Virus record (IMG/VR): IMGVR_UViG_3300036778_000042
Location: 1 to 39,767 of that record
Length of the DNA: 39,767 nt
Source: a virus
Taxonomy: Duplodnaviria > Caudoviricetes
Direction: 5' to 3' (one strand)
In this document: positions 34,076 to 39,767 of the stretch, piece after piece
Position numbering within the stretch: position 1 is the first letter of the stretch
Layout: the number at the start of each line of letters is the position of its first letter
Position numbers and translations under genes: made by a program
Notes under the pieces: generated by a model
The model's input: only the letters and a program-made list of their open reading frames with translations
Databases searched by the model: none
Told to the model about the DNA's origin: nothing

Positions 34076-34516
34076 ATGGTCTCCACCGATTTGATCGAAA
34101 AGCACTGCCCGGTTTGCTGCATCCATTACGCCGCGCCGCGCGCCATGTTCGACATGCGAAACGCGGACGAAGGCCCGTGGTACTGCCCGAACGGCCATCG
34201 GCTGGTCTTCACCGAAAGCGCCTTCAGCAAGGCGAAAACCGAGCGCGACCAGCTGCGCCGCGAGCGCGATCAACTGAAACAGAATGAGGCGTATTTGGAA
34301 CAGACCCTGGCCGACACGGCGCGCGAGCGAACGGCGCTCAAAGGTCAGGTCACCAAGCTGCACAAGCGGATCGGCGCCGGGGTCTGCCCGTGCTGCACCC
34401 GCAGCTTCACCGATCTGAAACGACACATGGCCAGCAAACACGCTGGCTTTCGTGAGGATGCTCAGTCGCCACCCCTGACAAGGAAAATAACCAGTTTGAA
34501 GGAGGTTCGACCGTGA
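34076..34516 (+). CDS. Zinc-finger/coiled-coil protein
   Basis: CPVC...YCPNGH, a coiled coil, then CPCC...F..L..HM..KH (C2H2-like). Confidence 0.75.
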   Translation: MVSTDLIEKHCPVCCIHYAAPRAMFDMRNADEGPWYCPNGHRLVFTESAFSKAKTERDQLRRERDQLKQNEAYLEQTLADTARERTALKGQVTKLHKRIGAGVCPCCTRSFTDLKRHMASKHAGFREDAQSPPLTRKITSLKEVRP

Positions 34517-34767
34517 AGCCGCCGTTCACTGATGGGGCTGGAAAAGAAACGCTGACCGTGGCGGAAGCTTGCCGCTATCTCGGGATCGGCAAGACGAAAT
34601 TCTATGAATTGGTCAAGGCCAAGGAGTTTGCGACGTTCCCGCTGGCGGGCCGCACGGTCGTCAGGCTGGAGGCCCTGCGTGCGGCCCTGGCGAAGGCTGA
34701 ACAGTCGCCGCACCCCTCTAGGCGACAGCGCGGGGGAAAGCCCGCACAACCCCCTCCGGACGACTGA
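34513..34767 (+). CDS. xis: Excisionase-like HTH protein
   Basis: LTVAEACRYLGIGKTKFYELV...GRTVV; converges on the integrase gene. Confidence 0.8.
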   Translation: MKPPFTDGAGKETLTVAEACRYLGIGKTKFYELVKAKEFATFPLAGRTVVRLEALRAALAKAEQSPHPSRRQRGGKPAQPPPDD

Positions 34768-36079
34768 CGAACGCCGCCCAAGCGTCCATGACGGTGCGCC
34801 GAACCTCGACGTTGGTTTCGTGGATGTAGGCCCGGCGGGCGGCGTCGCCGACGACGTGCGCCATGCACAGTTCGAGGGTGGTTTCGTCGTACAGCGGTAG
34901 CTTCGTGCGCGGGTTGGTCTGCATCCCGGCCCACGTCCGGAAGGTGCTGCGCAGCCCGTGCACCGACACTTGCCGCTGCGTCCCGTCCGAACGGGTGATC
35001 ACGTGCGGGTAAAGCCTGCGCAGGAAGTCCCGCAGGTCTTCCGCCGTCAGCGTCCCCTTGTTCGGGCAGGGGAACAGCAGACCCGACTTCGGGGCGCCGC
35101 CAGCGGGCGTGACCAGGGCGAGGATTTCCATGTGGCGCTTAGTCAGCGGGACGCGATGGCCGCCCACATCCTTGATCTTCATCTTGGCCGCCGGGATCGT
35201 CCAAACCTGATGATCAAGATCAAGTTCAGTCCAGTCCGCCGTCAGAGCGGTCCCGACCCGTGCGACAGATAGCAGGGTCCATTCGATGCAGAGCGCGCGA
35301 ATGTCCGGCTTGGCGCGCAGGTCGGCCACGACGCCGCCGATTTCGCGCCAGCCGATTGCGGCGTGGGACACTTCGCGCTTCTCCACCGGCGTGATCAGGC
35401 CGCGCGCCCGGCCCGCGAAGTTCACCGGGTTGATCCAGTCGTCAGGCAGGGGACGGCCCTTGATCGGCGCCGCGCACCACTCGAACAGCGCCCGCAGCTG
35501 ACCCTCGACCTTGCGGCGCTGTTCGCTGCACGTCGTCCGCGCCTCGATAGCCTTCAGGGCGGCGGCGATGTCTTCGCGGGTGATGTCGCGCGGCGCCAGG
35601 GCGCCGACGCCCGCCGTCAGCTTCGGCGCGACTTGGTTCGCCCAATACCGGCGCTTTTTCGCCTGTTCGAGTTCATCCCGGTGCTTCGGTCCGATGTCCT
35701 CAGCCGCCAGCTGCGCCCACTCGAACAGCGACCGCTTGTCCTGGCTGGTCGTCGCTACGGCCAGGGCCGCCTTGCGCCGGTCGCGCTGGACCTTGGGGTC
35801 AAGGTTCTTCGCCAGCCACGCTTCGCATTCCTCGCGCAGGGCGCGGGCCGCAATCAGGTCGATCTTGTGCGCCGAACCGAGGTTCACCGATTTGTTCTCG
35901 CCGCCGAACCGGTAAACGTACATCCACGACCGCTGCGTCTTCTCGCCGACGATCAGGTTCAACCCGGCGCCGTCGTGCACCTTGCCGGTCGCCTCGACCC
36001 GTTCGACGCCGCCGCGCTTTTTGGTGATCTTGGGATTGTCGCCGAGCAGCGAAAGGAAGGTCTTGCCGTGAATGCCCAC
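34718..36079 (-). CDS. int: Tyrosine integrase with N-terminal arm-binding domain (P4-like)
   Basis: HDGAGLNL...RSW.Y.Y...LGS arm domain; catalytic R (ARVG), K (KMK), HGLR, H (MAH) and Y (RRAY); AGGAG RBS. Confidence 0.93.
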   Translation of the reverse strand: MGIHGKTFLSLLGDNPKITKKRGGVERVEATGKVHDGAGLNLIVGEKTQRSWMYVYRFGGENKSVNLGSAHKIDLIAARALREECEAWLAKNLDPKVQRDRRKAALAVATTSQDKRSLFEWAQLAAEDIGPKHRDELEQAKKRRYWANQVAPKLTAGVGALAPRDITREDIAAALKAIEARTTCSEQRRKVEGQLRALFEWCAAPIKGRPLPDDWINPVNFAGRARGLITPVEKREVSHAAIGWREIGGVVADLRAKPDIRALCIEWTLLSVARVGTALTADWTELDLDHQVWTIPAAKMKIKDVGGHRVPLTKRHMEILALVTPAGGAPKSGLLFPCPNKGTLTAEDLRDFLRRLYPHVITRSDGTQRQVSVHGLRSTFRTWAGMQTNPRTKLPLYDETTLELCMAHVVGDAARRAYIHETNVEVRRTVMDAWAAFVSRPEGVVRAFPRAVA

Positions 36080-36595
36080 GCTTTTTTTCTCCTAAATCTC
36101 TGCCCCAAATTCGTCAGGGAAAGTTCGCCTTTAGTCATAAGGCGATTAGGGGTGCGTGTGCAATTCGTCCTTGCTGCGTAAGGGATTTCCGGTCATTTAC
36201 GAACGCTTATGAACAGTCACTTTTTCCCTCGATGGGGGAAGGGGCGCGTTGAAATCGTTGGGAAATTCGGATCGGATTTTGGCTCTACCCTGCCAATTGG
36301 CCTAAATCGTCGCAGTTGTTCAGTTGGTGGCGGATCGTCCACCCAAATCACCGTTGGACGCATGGTAGCCGACCCTAACCGCATGTGCACCCCGTAGCGG
36401 GGCGCTAGCGCCGTAACGAACCCCCGCCGATCTGACCGGGTTCGTTCCCGTGACAAACGCCTGCCTTTCATTAGTCGCCCAGCGCCCCGCTAAGGCTCGC
36501 CAGCCTATGATTAGCGGGTGATCGAAAATCAGGCCCGTGGGCGCCCGCCGCTGGCTTCCGGCTACTAGGGTAGCGGCCATGCCGTCCGAGGCGGC
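36080..36595. other. Probable attP / int promoter region
   Basis: Lower-GC stretch without credible ORFs next to int; the core sequence could not be identified. Confidence 0.45.
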
Positions 36596-36847
36596 TCAGC
36601 GCAGCCCTGGCGCGGCGGATTTGGCCGGATCAGCTATGGGCGCCGGACAGACCCGGCGGATGTGCACGGATCGGCTCTCGCCGTGGGTGACCTCAACGTC
36701 CCGGCTGTACGCGCAGCCCGGCCCGACGTGGCGCTCTAGGATCAACACATTCGTGCAGCCGCCGCCGAGGATCAGAGCGAGCAGCAGGATCAGCGCGATG
36801 AACACCCACACCGCGACGATCAGCAATCCCGTGCGTCGTTCAGACAT
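36596..36847 (-). CDS. Small membrane-anchored or lipoprotein-like protein
   Basis: 83 aa: MSERR, a long hydrophobic helix, then LGGGC and two further Cys. Confidence 0.55.
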   Translation of the reverse strand: MSERRTGLLIVAVWVFIALILLLALILGGGCTNVLILERHVGPGCAYSRDVEVTHGESRSVHIRRVCPAPIADPAKSAAPGLR

Positions 36848-36905
36848 CTTCGCCGAACACCGGTTGGCGGCTAGAAGATCGGCCCCCGTCTCGAAAGGAA
36901 CCGCC

Positions 36906-37094
36906 GTGTATCTACTGATCGGCCTCATTGGCGCCAGCGTCTGGCTTGGTCTGAAGGTCTGCATGATCGGTAACGCCGCGCCGACGATTGATTGGTTTTG
37001 GCCGAAGTCGCTCGGAACTTGGCTGCTGCAAGTCCTGTTCTGGCCGGTCTACGTCGTCCATTTCTTCATCAAGGCGATCCGCGACCAAGCCTAG
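36906..37094 (+). CDS. Small two-TM membrane protein (superinfection-exclusion candidate)
   Basis: 62 aa from GTG 36906 with an AAAGGA RBS; opposite strand to the virion genes. Confidence 0.6.
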   Translation: MYLLIGLIGASVWLGLKVCMIGNAAPTIDWFWPKSLGTWLLQVLFWPVYVVHFFIKAIRDQA

Positions 37095-39244
37095 GGCTGC
37101 ATCCACGACAGATCGGGCGGCGGCGGCTCGCCCTGGCCGGGGTTCGCGCCCGCAGCGTTCGCCCGCGTGATGAACGAAATCGCCTTCAGCATCTGATTTT
37201 TGTCCAACAGGCTCGCGGGCGTCGCCTGATCCGCTTCGGCGAACAGATCGGCGGGCGCCTTGTCGCCGAACAGCACCTTGCCCAGCTGGTCGCTGACCTC
37301 AGGGTCGGCCAGCGGGCGATCCTTGACCCCCGATACGCCCTTCAAGGCAAGCGCGATTGAGTTCGACACGGGCGCCTTCAGGAACTTCCGCGTCGCGTCG
37401 GCGGCGCTAACGCCGGTTGTCAGGGCGTCCGGTTCCGAGCCCGCCGCATTCGCCGCCTCGACATCCTGCGACAGCGGAACCGTGCGTGATCCGGCCAGGA
37501 TCGCGTTGTGCGTCGCCTGCTGGTCCGCCTCCTGGCGCACCGCGTCCATGAAGCTGCTGAAAGCCGTGTCGCCGTCGTCGCCAGGCGGGAAGCCAGCGCG
37601 CAACCGATCCTGCGCGGTCTGATCGCGGTCCAGCTGACGGAAGTACGCTTGCGGGTTCGCGCCCCGCAGCTTGCCCGCGATCTCGTACGCCATGCCGGTG
37701 TTCTGCGCGGTCTGCTGGTCGGGCGTCAGCCCCTGCGTCGCCTGCTGGACGAGTTCCGGATCGGTTTGCTTGCGCACGATGTCCCGCCCGGTCTGCATCG
37801 CGTCCAGCACGTCGGAGCCTTGTTTCCAGGCGGCCCGCGCTTCGGCGTTGGCGGGAACCAATTCACCGAGCTTATCGACGAAGGCGTTGCGCAGCTGAAG
37901 CATGGTTCGCCCTTCGGCGCTCAGCCGCCCGCCCGCATAGAAGGGCCGCAGCGCCTCGTCCCATCCCTGGCTGATCAGGTCCAGCATGGGCGCGCTCGGC
38001 GTCTTGGCGCCGACGACTTGGCCGTTGTCGATAATGTTTTGGTCCCACGTCATCGGCTTGCCGGTGATCGCCGACTGCGCCTCTGCGATCCGCTGCGCCG
38101 ACGACAACGCCTTCTGGCCGATGTCCGTGTTCAGGATCGGCCCCATCAGCTGTTGAAAATCGACTTCGTTGACCGGGGTGTTCGCGCTCGCCTCATACAG
38201 CGGATCAGCGGTCGCCTTGCGCTCGGCAATCGTCGCCGCCTGCTGCGGGTAGTAGTCGCTGCGCCCGGCGCCGAGGCTGTCCTGCATCTGCGACATCACC
38301 CGGTCACCCGCCTGCGCCGAGCGCGCCCGCAGCGCCGCCTCCGCTTGGTCCTGGCCAGGGCCGGGCGTCGCCGCTACGGCGCGGGCGAGGCTCTTGCCGC
38401 CGCCGCCCATCTGCTGGAACGGAAACTGGCCTTCGGGGATGTCTTCAGCCGTCAGCGTCGCCGCGTCCGGCGCGCGGGCTTTCAGGATCGCCGCCGCCTT
38501 GGCGACCGCTCGCTGTGTGGCCGTCATCCCGCCTTGCATCGCGGCGTCCGCCACCATGCCAGCACCCTTGACCGCGAGCGGCGCCACACCGCCGACGACG
38601 GCGCCTTCAGGCAGGGCGCTCACCAGCGCCCGGTTGCGGGTCGCTAGGTCGCCGTTCGTGTTGGCGAAGGCGTTCGCCCCGGCCAGGGTCGCGCCGGTGG
38701 CGGCGTTGCGGCCTACGGTCTTCGCGCCCGCCAGGAGCCCGCGAGCAGGCGCGGCGGCTGGCGCTACGTCCAGCCCGAGCGCACCCCTGGCGCCCGCCGT
38801 CAGGCTATCCAGCAGCCCGCCGCCGCCCGCCGCTTCGGGGACCGCTGCGGCGCCGCCGGTGGCCAGGATCGGCGCGGCTTGCAGCGCGCCGCCCATCCCC
38901 TTGGCGATGGCGGCGATATGCGGGTGCGCCGCCGCGAAAGCGTCCGCCTGTGACTGCGAGGACGCCCGCGACTGCGCCCATGCGTCGGCCAGGGTCGGCG
39001 CCTGTCCCTCGACCCGGCGCGCGACCGCGTTCAGGGCGTCGGCGGCTTCGTCAAAGCCGGGGACCGAACGATTGAAGGTCGCCATGGCGCCGGTGATCGG
39101 GTTGGTTGAAAGCCCGACCTTCGCGGCGAACTGATCGAACGGCATGCTGCGATAGAACTTGGCGTGCAGCGCCTGCGCCAGCTGCGCGTCGGTCATGTTC
39201 GCGTACTGCGGATATTGCTGACGGATCGTGGCGAGCGAGGCCAT
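37091..39244 (-). CDS. Large DNA ejection/internal virion protein
   Basis: 717 aa; N-terminal IRQQYPQYANMTDAQLAQALHAKFY module, Gly/Ala hydrophobic segments and a helical remainder; last gene of the virion block. Confidence 0.7.
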   Translation of the reverse strand: MASLATIRQQYPQYANMTDAQLAQALHAKFYRSMPFDQFAAKVGLSTNPITGAMATFNRSVPGFDEAADALNAVARRVEGQAPTLADAWAQSRASSQSQADAFAAAHPHIAAIAKGMGGALQAAPILATGGAAAVPEAAGGGGLLDSLTAGARGALGLDVAPAAAPARGLLAGAKTVGRNAATGATLAGANAFANTNGDLATRNRALVSALPEGAVVGGVAPLAVKGAGMVADAAMQGGMTATQRAVAKAAAILKARAPDAATLTAEDIPEGQFPFQQMGGGGKSLARAVAATPGPGQDQAEAALRARSAQAGDRVMSQMQDSLGAGRSDYYPQQAATIAERKATADPLYEASANTPVNEVDFQQLMGPILNTDIGQKALSSAQRIAEAQSAITGKPMTWDQNIIDNGQVVGAKTPSAPMLDLISQGWDEALRPFYAGGRLSAEGRTMLQLRNAFVDKLGELVPANAEARAAWKQGSDVLDAMQTGRDIVRKQTDPELVQQATQGLTPDQQTAQNTGMAYEIAGKLRGANPQAYFRQLDRDQTAQDRLRAGFPPGDDGDTAFSSFMDAVRQEADQQATHNAILAGSRTVPLSQDVEAANAAGSEPDALTTGVSAADATRKFLKAPVSNSIALALKGVSGVKDRPLADPEVSDQLGKVLFGDKAPADLFAEADQATPASLLDKNQMLKAISFITRANAAGANPGQGEPPPPDLSWMQP

Positions 39245-39250
39245 GGCTGG

Positions 39251-39767
39251 CTAGTTCCCGAACAACCCGAGCGGATCGGCTTGCTGGCGGGACGCCGCGC
39301 TTTTCGCCTGTAGCGCCGCATTCGCCCCGGCCCGGCCCGACAGCTGCGGCGCCTGTCCCTGCGCCTGCGCTTGCTGCTGCTGTTGTTGCCACGCCGCGAC
39401 CGCATCGCCGTAACCGCCCTGGCCGCTGTGAACGTACTTCTGCGCGAACTGCAACAGGGACAGGTTGTCGGCGGCTTCCTTCTGCATCCGCGCCGCAATC
39501 GCCTGATTGGTCGTTCCGAAGTTGGCGACGTTCGGGAACGCCTTCTGCCAGCCTGCGGCTTCAAAGCCCCGGATCGGGCCGGACCCGGTAGGCCGGTTGA
39601 GCGCCCATGTGGATTGGTTGATCGCGTCCATGTTTTGGACCTGCGCGGCCAAGTCCGGCTTGGTCATCGTGGTCCACAACCGATCAAGGCTCGGGATCGT
39701 CCCGACGTGGCCGACCAGCGGCAAATCGAGTTGCGTGTCCGCGTAGGACGGCCCGGTCTGGGTGCTA
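39251..39767 (-). CDS. 3' part of the junction-spanning ejection-type gene that starts at 404
   Basis: In frame with the ORF from ATG 404 once the 135-bp overlap is collapsed. Confidence 0.75.
   Translation of the reverse strand, partial: STQTGPSYADTQLDLPLVGHVGTIPSLDRLWTTMTKPDLAAQVQNMDAINQSTWALNRPTGSGPIRGFEAAGWQKAFPNVANFGTTNQAIAARMQKEAADNLSLLQFAQKYVHSGQGGYGDAVAAWQQQQQQAQAQGQAPQLSGRAGANAALQAKSAASRQQADPLGLFGN
39633..39767 (+). repeat. Terminal direct repeat, right copy
   Basis: Matches 1-135 with one mismatch. Confidence 0.97.

Larger units (their letters stand above)
1..39767. mobile_element. Complete temperate phage genome (podovirus-like gene set, probable alphaproteobacterial host), circular length about 39,632 bp
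   Basis: Terminase, portal, capsid, tail/ejection, replication, integrase and excisionase modules are all present. There is a 135-bp terminal overlap with an ORF continuing across it, and no host housekeeping genes. Confidence 0.95.

Noticed and set aside
36240-36420. tRNA 3'-end fragment as the attP core
   Set aside because: Short hairpins and CCA-ending stretches exist, but I could not build a T-arm/acceptor stem, so no tRNA or core is called.
39355-39392. (CTG/TTG)n simple repeat
   Set aside because: It encodes a short poly-Gln linker in the ejection-type protein with mixed codons, so it is not a phase-variable tract.

Overview
The window is a complete, circularly closed temperate phage genome of about 39.6 kb. 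Bases 1-135 repeat at 39633-39767 with one mismatch, and one gene reads through the join. The gene set points to a podovirus-type virion. The host is most likely an alphaproteobacterium (Caulobacterales/Sphingomonadales-like), inferred from the GcrA homologue, the PEPxxWA-CTERM protein and GANTC avoidance. The minus strand carries Cro-like, RuvC-like, SSB, primase-polymerase/helicase and GcrA-like genes, then terS, terL, a P22-like portal, scaffold, an N4-gp56-type major capsid, adaptor, tail fibre, stabilisation and ejection proteins. The plus strand carries an early/accessory arm (C5 methyltransferase, HTH proteins, excisionase) converging on a tyrosine integrase. Main observations: (1) a motif TTGA(C/A)-N5-AAACGAACGCGTT occurs four times, each in front of a late gene block, the first 2 nt after the gcrA-like stop codon, in a genome where a by-eye scan found no GANTC site. 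This suggests a phage-specific GcrA late-transcription circuit. (2) An oppositely oriented cassette of small genes ending in an HTH gene, with a palindromic operator in its promoter, sits between terL and portal (acr-aca-like architecture). (3) The C5 MTase is encoded in two overlapping reading frames. (4) A PEP-CTERM protein and a beta-helix protein sit between scaffold and capsid. (5) No endolysin or canonical CI repressor is recognisable. All product calls come from motif recognition and synteny by eye; no database search was run.
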